A stretch of 64,000 bases of DNA, from contig NC_045696.1 in assembly GCF_009834535.1 (NCBI RefSeq), positions 69,442,001 through 69,506,000 on the forward strand, in the 5' to 3' direction. Position numbers and translations under genes: made by a program. The notes beneath the pieces were generated by a model. The model searched no databases. It saw nothing but the letters and a program-made list of their open reading frames with translations, and had not been told where the DNA came from. This document shows, one piece after another, positions 39,434 through 52,444 of this stretch. Positions within the stretch are counted from its first letter, which is position 1; each line of letters begins with the position of its first letter. This DNA comes from Camelus ferus (lineage: Eukaryota).

Positions 39434-40150
39434 GTGAGTTTCCAGAAGCATGGGGTGTCTTCTAAGTGAGCTTCCAAGATGAGAGGGGGAGTTGGAAACA
39501 GATGTTTACTGTGCAAGGCTCTCCCAGACTCATCTTACAGGCGGCTTCCCTGGGGTCCTACGCTTGGACCTCCCACTTCTCTGACAGGAAAAATTAGAGG
39601 CAGCAGGGAAAAATGTAGACTAGATCAAATACCTAGTAGTACCCCTAATTTTTTCACCAGAGCTAAATATTTGTAACAGTTCATGGATCAAAGAATTAAG
39701 AGCTAGAAAGAATTTTAAAGGTTTTTCTCAATCATCAGATAATACTAATATTAATGATATTATTAATTGTAGATAATATTAATAATAATTATATTTGAGG
39801 GCTTCTGTGAGTCTGATATTCTCTTTGGCATTTTATATACGTTTTCTCTAATCCTCACTACAGTGCTGCAAACATAGCCACGCTAGTTGCATTTTACAGA
39901 TGAGCAAAGCAGGACCCAGACAGTCGGAGTGGCAGCCCAAGGTCACAGAGTTAGTTAGGACGGGGCAGAGCCAGGCCTGGAACCCTGTTCTCCTCACCTG
40001 CATTTGCTTCCTCCCTGCTCCACTCACTCTGAGTTATAGGGAAAAGGGGGAAAACACAAGCCAGAAAACACAGAACAAAAGAGAAAGAAGAGGGAGGGGA
40101 GGGCACAGAGAGGTCGAGGATGAAAGTCTGTGGCTCTGTGGATTCCGCAG

Positions 40151-40273
40151 ATACTGAAGGAGATGTTACAAGGGATGGACTACGACCGGGACGGCTTTGT
40201 GTCTCTCCAGGAGTGGGTCCACGGAGGGATGACCACCATCCCATTGCTGGTCCTCCTGGGCATGGACGACTCT
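40151..40273 (+). CDS. DGKG: DGK gamma exon 9; [43 protein letters not shown]-hand 2
   Basis: ttccgcag|ATA ... TCT|GTAAGT; 123 nt; [12 protein letters not shown] loop. Confidence 0.97.
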
Positions 40274-43200
40274 GTAAGTGGCAAGCTTGAGCTCAAACAT
40301 CTCTTGCCTTTCAGAAACATCAGGCTCCATGTGGAGGTCAATATGCTTGGCTTCTGCCCCAGACAATGGAAACCCCATATTCTCTAGGCCAGCCCCAAAG
40401 TCCTCTCTTTTTACTTAATAGTACCTGAAATACATTCATTAATTTGACAAGCATTTATTCAATCATTACTAAATAAAGATACTGTTCTGAGGGCTGCAAG
40501 GGGACACAGATACAATATTCACCCACCGGAAGCTTATGCTCAGCCAGGCCAAGGCCGGAAAACATTCAAAGAAGAATTCCATCTTTTCTACACGTTTGGT
40601 TTAAAAATGCTGAGAGTTGAGGAAGGAAAAAAGGAAAGGAAGAAAGGAAGAAAAAAATTCCGATCTGAGGTGAATGTGTTAAATTATGATATCTTCTTTA
40701 ACAATCAAAACAACCAGATGAGGTAGATTATCTTTTTTACCCATTCATACAGACGGAAAACTGAGATTCTGAGCCAGGAGAGCCAGGGGAAGAGCCAGCA
40801 TTTATTTGTACTTGACTCCAAAATCTGCACTTTCTAATGCCCCACACTTAGGAGTGAGCCCGGTGGAAGAAACCGTGGAGGGTGTCTGCCCTGACTCTGA
40901 AGGATGCGTGGGATTCTGATATCCCAGTCTTGAGATAAACAGCAAGTGGAAGGGCCTAGGATATTTGATCTGGCTCTCAAGGATGGGTGTGATTTGGATG
41001 GTAGAAGAGAGAGTTTGTGGCCAGAAGAATAGCTTGATCAAAGGTCCAAATGGAAGAAAGTTCAGGATGTATCAAACTTCCCAGTGCGATCAGCCTAGGA
41101 AATACACGTAGAGGTTTAGTGTGAAATTGCTGGTTGCATGTGCCTGCATCTGACCTAGTCTGCTTATTTACCATGAGAAGTAGCTTCCATACACGAGGTA
41201 GGAAAGATTAAAAACTAGAAGTACAAATGGTGACGTTAGCACTTACCAGGCCAAGTCACACAAGTTGCGTGACAGCATCTGTTTGAGAGTACGGAGTCAA
41301 GAGAGAGGAACAGAACAGGAAGCGCAGGGGGTCAGCCTCTAGCTGACATTCTTGCCCGTAATGTGTCCATCTGACGGTTCTGCAATTCAGGACTAAAGCT
41401 GAGCCTTCATTCCCAGCACTCAAGGAGACTAAGAATCCTGCAGTTATCTCACAGCCTGCCCAGTTCTTCCCAAGTGCTAATTAGAAATCAAGGAACCAGG
41501 ATCTACACACTCCCTTTTTGTTCCCTTCTTAAAACCCTAGGAGGTCAGAGTTGGAAGAGACCTTGGTGATCCCTGATTTACCCCCTTGATTTTTCATACT
41601 GAGGTCCAGAGAGGTAACAGTGCCTGCCCATGGACATACACCTAGTTAGTACCAGAGGCCACCTTCCATATTCAGTAACAGCAGACTTCTCATGCAGTGA
41701 TTCCTTACCAAGAACCTACTGTGTGCAAGAGCCCCCGTGAGCTAGGACCTGGGGGTGCTCAGATAAGTAAGATATACTTCCAGCTATCACTCCTCAAGAT
41801 TATATCTGCCTGAGAGTGGAAGTTCTGCTTGAGTGCTGTTTCAACACACCTGTTTTTTCTCTGAAACATGAGAATAGAAATGAGAGATTTTAATCACAAG
41901 GAACCAATTTCTAGTTCTAGTTCCTATTTTGGACTTGCTGAGACCAAAGTGCCACCAGCCCTTTGCTTGGAGAGGATCCCCCTGTTTTACGGCTGGAAGA
42001 GGGAGAGACAGTTTCTTTAACATTCTCCCCAGTGTCTCCCCCCTATGCCAGATCAGCCTTCTAGAAAACCGTACTTTAAAAAAAAAAGAAAAGAAAACCG
42101 TATTTTATATCAGGGAAATGCAAACAAAAAGCAAATATGTGTTTGGTTTTTAATAATGAAATTTTTTATGTGTTTATTTGAAAATATGCACTGAATTAAA
42201 AGTTTTTACATGTAATATTTTGGTACTAGAGAAAACATTCCTCAGTGTCTTAAAAGTCACATTGCTTGTTTGGCTTTTTTCAAAACCCACATATGGCCAC
42301 TGAAAAGTCTGGGGATCTCTGAATGGGGTATATGAGAAATGATCTGTCTCCCAGGGAAACTGCAGCTTCAGCATAAAACCTGGCATGCACAAGGAAGGTG
42401 ACTCCCACGCCCTGCGGCCTCCCACGTGCAGAAATGAAAGAGCCACACGATGGCGCTATAACCCAAGCAGAAATGTTAACTTCATCCTGGGTCAGGGTCC
42501 CTTTGCCACTTACCCTGCATCCATGAAAATACTATCTGGGAAAGCAAGAGTCAGCTAATCGATTTCGCTAATAAAGGTATTTTCAGGTCAGATGACCGTC
42601 CTTTGGGCTGCATGAAGAAGGAGCTGGTCTGCTAGGACTATAATTTCTATTCTGTCCACGAAGGAAAACCCTGGTCTGTGGAGGTAGAGGAGAGGCATGG
42701 AAGGAGCATGGGCTCGGAGGCCAGCAAGAGCCCCCAGGGTGACCACCGGCTGGGTATCATTTGTGTGGCCTTGAGCTATTGTTTATGTAACTTCCCTGAT
42801 TCATTTCTAGACAAGGTGTGTGTCTATCTCCTTACACATAGGACAACACTGTGAGCTTATTTTTGTGTCCCCCTGTTTAGCGTGGAGTAGGAACTTGCTG
42901 AAAGTTTTCATTTACAACGTGTCAGGCACTGGATTAGGAGCGTCACTTATATTATTTCATTTAATTCTTACAGACATCCCTTGAGGTTGATGTTTGTCAG
43001 AGGAATGAATGACTCGAACTTTTAATGAATCATTTCATCACTTAGTGAACCCATTTACGAAAGTAGAAGCCATAGATACAAAGGCTTCAATTCTGTAAAA
43101 CTCAGGTTTGGGAAGCAGCAGGGTTCAGAGGTGGGAAGAAGAAAAGAGCTTATCCTGGCCCTGGGAGGAGACCAGCATCTGGAGAAGCACATGGGCCCCT

Positions 43201-44145
43201 CTAGAGACCACTGGAACGGGAGTGAGCACAGGGATGAATCTGGCTGCCATGACCAGCCCAAACCAGAGGGGCCCGGGAGTAAGACGTGGGTTTCAATCCA
43301 GCACGTTGGACTCCGTGTACCTGATTCTCGATCTTTATCACCTTCCAGTGCTTTTCACTACCCTTGAGATCAGCCCAAGAGTGTTACTCTTCTGGTGGAG
43401 CCTATGACAAAGGTTCAGGGACCCTGTATGTGGAGGGAGGTTTCTGAAGCACAGCCCTCAGCGAGGCTGCACTCCCAGGGGCTAGAAGGTGGGCGCTTCA
43501 GTGTCCAGGGAAGGTGTGTGACTATGTGAGGCTTGGCTTCTCTGCTGGAAAAGGTTGGGTTCCCTTCTGAGCCAAGTCAGGAGGAAGTGGCTTAACCCTC
43601 TCTTTGTCTCTGTCTCTTTGCTGTTTTATCTGTGTACAGAAAGTTGATGAGAGAATACATTACTAAGCTATTTTTGAGTACATACTCACTGTAGAAAATT
43701 TGGATAATACAGAAGAAAGTAGAAATTAGAGAGTAAAATAAATCCAGAGTGCCACTAGCTATAGCTAACTTCTGCCAACAGTTTGGTGACATTTTTCCCA
43801 TCCAAGATATTATTGTATAAAACCAAGATAATAATATATCATCAAATTTGCATTCTGGCTTTTTTTACTCAGCACTGTGCCATGAGCACATTCCCAAGCT
43901 ATTCCATTGTCTTGTAAAACCTCTTTGATGGCCACTTAACCTGGAGTCATACAGATGGACCTCCGACCTTTTGGCCATTTTGAGGCCTTTAGGATACTTT
44001 CAGTTTTTCATTACTGTAAATAATGCTGAGTTATTACATCTGATGGGGCACAGAAGTGCTCATCTAGCTTTCAAAAACGATTTCGATAGACTCCAGGAAT
44101 GGAAATTTATAAGTTGAAGATCATAAACATTTAAATGACCTTGAG

Positions 44146-44237
44146 ATAGGTAGGTAGGTAGGTAGGTAGATAGCTAGACAGATAGATGGATGATTGGTAG
44201 ATAACAGATGAAAGAAAGAGAAAGAGAAAGAAAGAAG
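44146..44237. repeat. Compound (TAGG)n/(TAGA)n/(GAAA)n microsatellite
   Basis: Read directly. Confidence 0.85.
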
Positions 44238-44572
44238 TTCGTTCTGATTCCCACTTCCACCAGCCGTGCAGGCGAGGGCTAATTTTATCCCCTCCACACA
44301 GACTCCACTCAGATATTCCTAATTGTTAATATTTTATATTCCTAACTGTTAATATTTGCTTATTTTAGAAACTACACACGCACAAAGAATTTTGTTTTGA
44401 TTTGCATTTCTATTAAAAGAGTCCATACGACAGTAAAATAAAGGAATAACTTGTCTTTCAAATATGAGGAGAGACTCTTTTTAGGAAAAAGAGGCCATGC
44501 AGGAGGCGGCCCCTGGCTCCTGCCCCCGTGGGGCTGCCTACTCAGCGTCTCATTCCCTTGCTGTCCCTGCAG

Positions 44573-44690
44573 GGCTCCAAGGGGGACGGAAGGCACTCCT
44601 GGACCTTGAAGCATTTCAAGAAACCAACCTACTGCAACTTCTGTCACATCATGCTGATGGGTGTTCGGAAGCAAGGCCTGTGCTGCATTT
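44573..44690 (+). CDS. DGKG: DGK gamma exon 10; GSKGDGRHSWTLKHFKKPTYCNFCHIMLMGVRKQGLCCI, first half of C1A
   Basis: ccctgcag|GGC ... ATTT|GTGAGT; 118 nt; H-x12-C-x2-C C1 pattern. Confidence 0.97.
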
Positions 44691-46239
44691 GTGAGTAACC
44701 TTCCTTCAAACCCCCTTCCCCAGGCACTCTCTTGCTCTGCACATGGATAAGCCATTGCCGAGAAAGTCTAGGCATCTCTGCTTCTTAGCTTGAGGGGCCT
44801 GCCATATTGTTCCAACAGCAGGAAGTAAAGTGAGACCCCCATGTCCTATTTGTGTTCTACCCAAGTCAAATGGACGAATATTGTCCTATTGGATTCCCGT
44901 CATGGGCCACTGAATCCCTAGAAAAAAGTTATTCAGATTCATGTGAAATTAAAAAGCATCTCATATGAATTTCAATTGGGTTTTGCTTGTGACTGTTTTA
45001 GGTGGTCAGGAGAACCTGGGTTTTTTAATTAATATGCAATTATATTCATAAATGCAATGGAAATTAAAATTTTTTGTTTCACCTTATAACCCATTTAGTA
45101 AAGTCAGAGTGGAGAGGAGGGAAAAACACACGTGGAAAAGGAGGGAGGGAGGCTGGAAAGGAGAACAAAAGAAAGATGGAAGGAAGGGGTGGTATAAGAA
45201 AGGAGGTAGATTCAGGGAGCAGGAGGCGGGGAGGGGCTGCAGCAAGAAGACTTTGCAGGGCCCGGGTATGTGGGTGCAGAGTCCTGCCAACCACCCCAGA
45301 ATACAGACAGCAAGCATTCAGCCTGGACCCACCTGAGAGTGGGGAGCTGCTGCTGCAGGCAGAGGGGCCCTCGGGCGCGGGGCAGGTCACCAAACAGTTT
45401 CATGTGGCATGCACGCGGGAGCTCAGCAGCAGGCGACCTCTGCCACAAAAGTCATCTTAGCAGAGCTAGGCCCGGTGTCCACCAAGACAGGCATCAGCAG
45501 GCAAAAGAAGGGGCCCCTAGTCTTCCCAGCACCCATTCAAATCCAGCTTTCATTATAGATCCTTTTGGGTTCTATGCCTGTGGGCCTCAGCTGTTGGCCT
45601 AGTAGTAACAACGAGAGTCATTTGTGGAATAGCTGTTCTGATCCAGACACATGGTGCTTTGTACAGATTATCTCATTTAATGCCACAAAGGGCCCACAAA
45701 GAGAGAGAGGCAATTTTATTCCCATTTTGGAGAAAACCCTGAATGTCAGGGTGGTGAGGGACCATACCCTGGATCATATGGGTAGTTACAGATGGTGGAG
45801 CCGGAGTTCGGGCCCAGGCCTGCCTGGCTCCAGAGGTAGGAAGACTCCTGGCCTTTCTGTCCACTCCCCACATCCCGACATTCAGTACTGTGGCACTAGC
45901 ATCCCTGGGAGGATGGCTCCTCACCCTCTCCTGAAGTCAAAAGCGATGTTCTGGGCATGTTTTCATGCTGCGTTCACTGCCCGTGGTGGGAGGCAGCGGG
46001 GTAGGCAGGCTGGAGGGGGCAGGAGCATGTCTGGGAGATAACCGTGGATGCTCTTCTCAGTGAGCAACTGGAGACTTTCGACTTTCCATTAGACAAGGCC
46101 AGCTCCAGGGTACATCCCCTGCCCCAGACTGGCCACGCAGAGGGAGGCACAAGCTAGAGTGAGGGGACAGGGCTGGGGGTGAGGGGTGGCTGACCCTTCC
46201 TAGGTGGTGACTCACAGCCACTTTTCTTTTTTTTTTCAG

Positions 46240-46328
46240 ACTGTAAATACACTGTCCACGAACGCTGTGTATCCAAAAACATACCTGGGTGTGTCAAAAC
46301 GTACTCAAAAACCAAAAGGGGCGGCGAG
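46240..46328 (+). CDS. DGKG: DGK gamma exon 11; (Y)CKYTVHERCVSKNIPGCVKTYSKTKRGGE, second half of C1A
   Basis: tttttcag|AC ... GAG|GTTGGT; 89 nt; completes C-x4-H-x2-C-x7-C. Confidence 0.95.
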
Positions 46329-48540
46329 GTTGGTGACACCTATTACCTTGTTCTCCCGCATGCTGTGTGCCAGGCAACATGTCCATCTCCACAGACTTGT
46401 AGGCAGGAAGGGGCTTTGGGAGCTTTATCCAGTCCCTTCTGTGCCTCGAGGACCACCCTGAAACCATCTTGTTCATCCATCAATCCATTCAGCATCTCCC
46501 CAGTGCCCACAAGTACCAGGCACTGTGCTAGGGGGTATGGAGGTTGAAAGGTGGTCCTCAGCCTGGAGGCTTGTGCAGTCCAGTGGGGGGAGACAGGCAC
46601 GAGAGCAAAGCCCAAAGCAGTGAGATGAGCAGTAGCAATAGGGCTGTGCGCGGCGTGCATTTGAGGCACCACTGGAGGGCAGGGCAGGGAAGCTTTCATA
46701 AAGGAGCTGGCATTCGACTTGTGTCTTGAACCCAAATCAGGAGGATTTCATAAGGAATCAGGGAGGACAAGGCACCCAGGCTAGAAGAGCCTTGGGTGTA
46801 ATGGCGTAGGGACATGGCTTATTTTGGGATCTGTACCTGGTTAGGTATGACCAGGATAGAGAATGCTTAAAGGGCAGTGGCAGGAGATGTGCTCCAAAAC
46901 TGGGGTGACTGGGCTGGGGAAGGTCTTGTGAGGCCACTGCGAGTTTTTGGGAAGGAATTTCGTATGCAGCTAAAGGGCCTTGGAAGAATTTTGAGCTCAT
47001 GAAGAAACAACTGGGTTTGCAAATAAGGTTAATTGCTCTGACCAGGGTGCAGGAGAGAGAGCAGATCAGAGTGGGGGAAAAACTTCCAACAAGAGTGCAC
47101 TCAGGGCCTGACTGGGGCAGGGTGCACTCACCCGCTATGCTCTGATATGTCCACAGCAGCACAGGGGTGGCTGTGTCTGTGCGGAGTGCGTCTCCCACAG
47201 CCGTGCCATTTGCTGAGTATTTTGACTGTCCCACTGGCTAAAAGGGGAGTTTGAGAGATAATTTGGAGATACTACCACCAGGACTTGGTGATAAGGATAT
47301 AGGCGATGAGAGAGGGGGAAATGTGGAGAATGGCTACCAGATTTTTAACATGGCCATTTGGGGGATGCCATTCACAGAGCCTGGAAATAGATTCTTCTTC
47401 CAGTTAGCAGGAGAAGGGCACTCTGAGTGGCTGCAGAGGGAAGACCCCATAGACGAGTCTGAGTCAGGAGATGGTTAGCACGTGGGAGTGGTGTCTGCCC
47501 TCTCCAGGAGGACTCTGAAAGAAGGGCACCTCCAAGGACACACATGCATGCCCATGAGACACCACATGGCCTCATGTCTCCTTCAGTACCATGCCCATAC
47601 ACACCTCTCCGTGTCCATGCTTTTCACCAGGACTTGTGCTGCACCTCCTGGGCTCAGGCCCTAAGCCTGCTCTCCAGCCGTTGGCACACTTGGAACAGAG
47701 GGAGACCACTGAGTGGCCAGCAGGGCACATTCACGACCTTCTGAGTCTCCAGGGGCAGCCCAAGTCCTTCACCATCTCTTCCGACCCCAGAAGAAGATGG
47801 AGAAGACAACGTGGTGTTGGGAGATTACTATGGACTTGGAGTCAGAAGACCTGGCCATGAGTCCCTGCTTGGCCACTTAACAGCCTTGCAACCTAGGGCC
47901 AGTCACTTAACCTCTCTGAAGCCTCGTTTTTTTCTCTGTAAAATGCAAATAATAATAATCCCGTTGCAAATGATGTGACCAGGTAGATGATAGATTGATT
48001 AGTAAGCTGGGTTCTTTTTACCTTCAGGGGTGAATGGCAGAAGGTGAGAAATAAAAGTGACACAACTTCTAGAGCAACGATTTGACCAAAAACCTTGTGG
48101 AAGGAAGACAAACTTAATTGATAAGTAACTTAAAACATTTATCTAATGCAGACATGGAGGGCATCATGCAAATATTCCATGTGTTTTTAATATTGTGCTT
48201 GTAGGTGGCACTTCAGGCTATGTCCCCATGTTCCGCCAGAGTCCATATCCACCCCCTTCTGCTATTCGAGGTACCCTGGTAGGAATTTTTTGAGAAGTTC
48301 TATAGAATTCCTGGGGGAATTGACTGAGGGGCTGAGGCCCCCAGAATTTGGAGTCATGGGTAACTTTGCACTTACAGACACACACACACATGCATCCCAC
48401 CTACTTCCCAAGTTCCTAGGCTGCCTTAGGGGCATCTCCTGGCCCAGAAGCAGGTACAAGCAGCTCTTCAGGGGACAATGTGGAGGCCCTGGCTGATGAC
48501 CTGCACCGGCTCCTTTGGATTTTCTTTCTTAACTTCCTTC

Positions 48541-48720
48541 CAGAGTGCTTCTCAACCTTGGCTGCGTATTACAATCACTCAGCGTGCTTTGAAACACACG
48601 AATGATAGATCTCATCCCCCAGAGACTCTAATTTATTTGGTCTGGAGTGAGGGCTGGGCGTTAGGACTTCTAGAAGCTTCCTAGGTGGTCCTGAGGGGCT
48701 GCTAAGGCTGAGAGCCCCTG
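48541..48720. mobile_element. MER5A-like MITE
   Basis: cagagtgcttctcaaccttggctgc..attacaatcac...ccagagactctaattt..ttggtctgg...ctaaggctgagagcccctg. Confidence 0.7.
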
Positions 48721-49388
48721 GCGCTTTGAAGACAGAAGGGGTAAGGGAGCTCCCCTTCAGGGGCACTTCCCAAGGGCCGCAACTGTGCCAGGAAGGTCCT
48801 TCCAAACGTGCCGACTTATTTAATCCTCCCAGCAAACCTAGAGGTGGGGCTTATTTTGCCAATTTATACAGATGAGGGACCTGAGACTCAGAGAGGTCCA
48901 GGAACTGGCCAAAGGTCACCCTGCTGCGAAGTGGAAGATCAGCGACTCCAACCAGTTCTGTCTGCTGCTCAAGCCCTCCCGCATTCCCCTGCATCGCGCT
49001 GCCTTCCAGAAGAGGGCGCCCACAAGCACATCCCTCTGCAAAGAGTTCTGCAAGACAGACGGACAGCCTGACGAGATGCTGCTCCGAGGCTTGACTGCCA
49101 GGGGTAATGAACTGCTTCAAGAGCAGGCAAAGTGGCTTTTCATCCCCCTTGATTAGCACGATAGCGGTTAGGCAGGGAGCAACCACAGCAGTGCAGTTCA
49201 GCAAAGCAGCCCAGCATCAACAAGTGCGTCCACTAAACAGGAAACAACCCTCTCTGGCCACTGCCCACCCCGCTCGCGCCTCCCCACCGCCCAGGCCCTG
49301 TGCTCCTCCCCGGCCCTTCTCCTCAGGCCCCGGGCCCAGGGGCCGAGTTCTGCAGCCATTCCTGGTATCCTTCCCTTCCCTCCTGCAG

Positions 49389-49505
49389 GTGATGCAGCAC
49401 GCGTGGGTGGAAGGGAACTCCTCCGTCAAGTGTGACCGGTGCCACAAAAGTATCAAGTGCTACCAGAGTGTCACCGCGCGGCACTGCGTGTGGTGCCGGA
49501 TGACG
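49389..49505 (+). CDS. DGKG: DGK gamma exon 12; [40 protein letters not shown]1B
   Basis: cctgcag|GTG ... ACG|GTGGGT; 117 nt; phase 0-0. Confidence 0.96.
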
Positions 49506-50289
49506 GTGGGTTGGCGCCCAGGGCAGCCCTGCTTCCTTTCAGTGTGGTTTTTGGCTCAAGCTGTGGACATCCTGCCAGAGGGCGTGAGCAGAGCCAGGGG
49601 ACAGGATAGAGGCAAGGGGGCTCAGAGCCCCTGTTCAGTCCCTAAGTCTGGGAGCCTCCAGTGAATCACCAGGCTGCCCAGAAGAGAGCACCCCCAGAAC
49701 CAGGGGAGTGTGGGCTGCTTGAGAAGAAGCTGGCCGATCCACTGGTGTTACGGCCAGGCAGCTGTGAACAGCAGGCTGGACCATGGACTTCCTTCGCCTG
49801 CATGTCACCCAGGGCCAGGGTGCTGACAGAGTGGGAGAGGTTTTAGACACCAGAATCCCTGTATCAGAGGAAAGCGCACTCTTGATAGTCTCCACTGCCC
49901 AGGCCAGAGGCCTGTGCCTGCTGCCACCAGGCAGGCGAGTGTCCGCTTCCTCCCTGGATACCTGGAGCTGCCCGACGTGCCTTCCAAAGCAAGCCCAGTG
50001 CCATGTCTAGTCCCCTTGACCAGGCGTCAGCCTCAAGAAGGACGTGTCTCCAGATCAGACTGTGAACTCTTAAAATGCAGAGGTTGCATCGTGGGGTTCA
50101 AATCCAGCCTGTCATGAGTTTCTTCAACAAGATCTCCTTCCTTCCAGTGTCTCAGAGCCTCGGGAGCAAACCCAAGGCAGGCTCTGGAATCCACGTGGGG
50201 CTGCCACACTGACGGGCCACAGACCTGCTCGGGGCTGTTTGGCCCCGGCTGCCTGGGCAGCACTGGGTCTCCTTCCTCTGTTTACGACA

Positions 50290-50580
50290 GACACACACCA
50301 CACACCACACACCACACATACCTGTACCACAGACCACACACACCACACAATCATACACACCACACACACAGCACATACCATACACACCACACACGTACCC
50401 CCATCCACATTACACACCACACACTCAAACACACACACCACACATGCCACACAAACCACACACTACACACACATCACCCTCACACACCACACACTTAAAC
50501 ATACACACCATACACACCACACTCACATACCACACACACACACTCTTTCTCTCTGTCTCCCTCTCTCTCTCTCTCTCTCA
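50290..50580. repeat. Degenerate (CACCACA/CA)n tract of ~250 bp followed by (CT)n
   Basis: Read directly; it explains the His/Thr-rich and Cys/Val-rich spurious ORFs here. Confidence 0.92.
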
Positions 50581-50714
50581 TATACTGCCAAAGCCAACAG
50601 TGAATCAGGATTTGGAGGAGCACTCAACAGCCTGCCTCCCCAGTAAATCTCCAAACCCTCATACTTGACATTTCCTTGACTTTCATTCACACTCATCTTC
50701 ATTTTTCGCTCCAG

Positions 50715-50807
50715 TTTCACCGCAAATGTGAATTGTCAACGTTGTGTGACGGTGGGGAACTCAGAGACCATATTCTGCTGCCCACTTCGATCTGCCCCGT
50801 CACCCGG
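50715..50807 (+). CDS. DGKG: DGK gamma exon 13; FHRKCELSTLCDGGELRDHILLPTSICPVTR, end of C1B plus extended motif
   Basis: cgctccag|TTT ... CGG|GTAAGT; 93 nt; phase 0-0. Confidence 0.96.
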
Positions 50808-51434
50808 GTAAGTGCTGCTGCCCTGCCAGGGCTCCGCCCCCGCCCCCGCCACTCCTGCTCACATTTCAGATGCAGGCAGCTTTCAGACAGCCACATCCTC
50901 AGAGGGCCTTCCTCCACAACTCTTAGGTTTCATGTTTTCAGCATAAATTTGAAAGAGGTCAGTGCTGTGCTGTCAGACTGTGAGGGAAGACTTCTCTGAC
51001 TGAAACAATTCCAACTGCTGGCCACCCAGTGCGCTCTGAGATGGCCCATCAAGGAAAGCACATTCATTCCAAGCACCTTGCAGGCAGATCACCGTTCAAG
51101 GAACATCAGTCACCACCTGTGCACAGCTAGGCTTCCCAGGCCTCCCTTGTCCCTGTCACCCTCTCTCCTGTGTCCAAACATGGACCTCCCTCTGCCTTGA
51201 AGATTTCCACCTGGGTGTCTCAGCCCTACTTGGAAATGAAGCTGTGAAATTAAACTCCATTTATCCCCACCTGGAACTTTTTCTGTCTCCCATGTTGAAG
51301 TCCCCTCTCTCAAACCAAGCACCAAACACCTTAACTGTTCTCTTTCCATCTTAAAGATGCTGCTGAGTGCCACTGATTCCTCACATCTCACGCTTGACTT
51401 GACCATCTTCTTTTTCATTAAAAACCAAAGAAAA

Positions 51435-51980
51435 ACCACCACTTCTGAAAACCACTTGGCAGTACCTACTAAGTTGGAAATACACAAACTCTGTGCCTGA
51501 TAAGTCTCCTCCTGTGTATCTACCTGAGAAATACAAGCATTTATTCTACCAAAAGACAGGTACAAGCATGCTCATGTCAACTTTATTCACATCAAACACT
51601 GAAAATAAGCTAATGACGCACTGACAAGAGAATAGATAAGTAAGTTGAGGCATATTCATACAGTACAATACTACATTGCAATGGAAAATAACTATATTTA
51701 GAAGCAAAAATATGAATAACCCCCAAAATACAATGCTGAACAAAAGAAGTTAGACTCATAAAAAGACATGGTCTATGACTCCATTTATATGAAATTCAAA
51801 AGCCAGGCAAAAGCCAATATGGCATCAGGAGTCACAGCAGAATTACTACGCCAGAAGAGGCAGTAGCTACAAGGGCCTTAGGTGTGTAGAAATTCATGGA
51901 GCTGTAGATTTAGATTTGAGCATTTTACTGTATGTGACATAAATCTCAATAAAATAAATAATAAACATTGAAAAGAAAAA
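51435..51980 (+). mobile_element. L1ME-like 3' fragment
   Basis: caccacttctgaaaaccacttggcagta..tactaagttg; caatgctgaacaaaagaagttagac; atgactccatttatatgaaattcaaa; A-rich end. Confidence 0.75.
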
Positions 51981-52384
51981 CCAACACAAGATTAATTACC
52001 TATTCAGTATCACAGTGTTTAGATAGTGCTGAGCAGAGAAACCACATTGAGGACCTTGCTTCTCAGAGTTCAAGCTTCTAAATCAACAAAGTAGATTCCT
52101 GCTAACTTCAGTGCTTCCTCTCCCTGTGTCCCTTCCAGTGTCTCGAAGTTAAAGTCAGGGCAAGTGATGACAGAGGCCTGGAGAGTCCTAGAGAAACCCA
52201 AAGGGAGCATTTCTTTTTTTAGGTCCAAAGCCCCACTTTGAGAAGTGCCTCCCTACACTATACTGGTTTTCTGTTCTCTCTCCTTAGGGTAACCATTTGT
52301 TTTTTCTTCTGAGCTCTCTCTTTTTTTTTTTTTGTATTAGACATATTTTTTCAAAAGATGCTTGTCTTTCCTCTCTTCTCACAG

Positions 52385-52444
52385 GACAGGCAAGATGGGA
52401 AGTCGGATGGTAGCATGTCAGCCAAGGGTGAACTTATAATGCAG
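52385..52444 (+). CDS. DGKG: DGK gamma exon 14; DRQDGKSDGSMSAKGELIMQ, linker
   Basis: tctcacag|GAC ... CAG|GTACCT; 60 nt; phase 0-0. Confidence 0.92.

Noticed and set aside
50124..50720. His/Thr-rich and Cys/Val-rich ORFs
   Set aside because: They are translations of the CA-rich simple repeat.
52381..52390. Second AG 5 nt into exon 14 (cag|gacag|)
   Set aside because: Use would shift the frame, the proximal CAG has a good pyrimidine tract, and nothing suggests the distal site is used.
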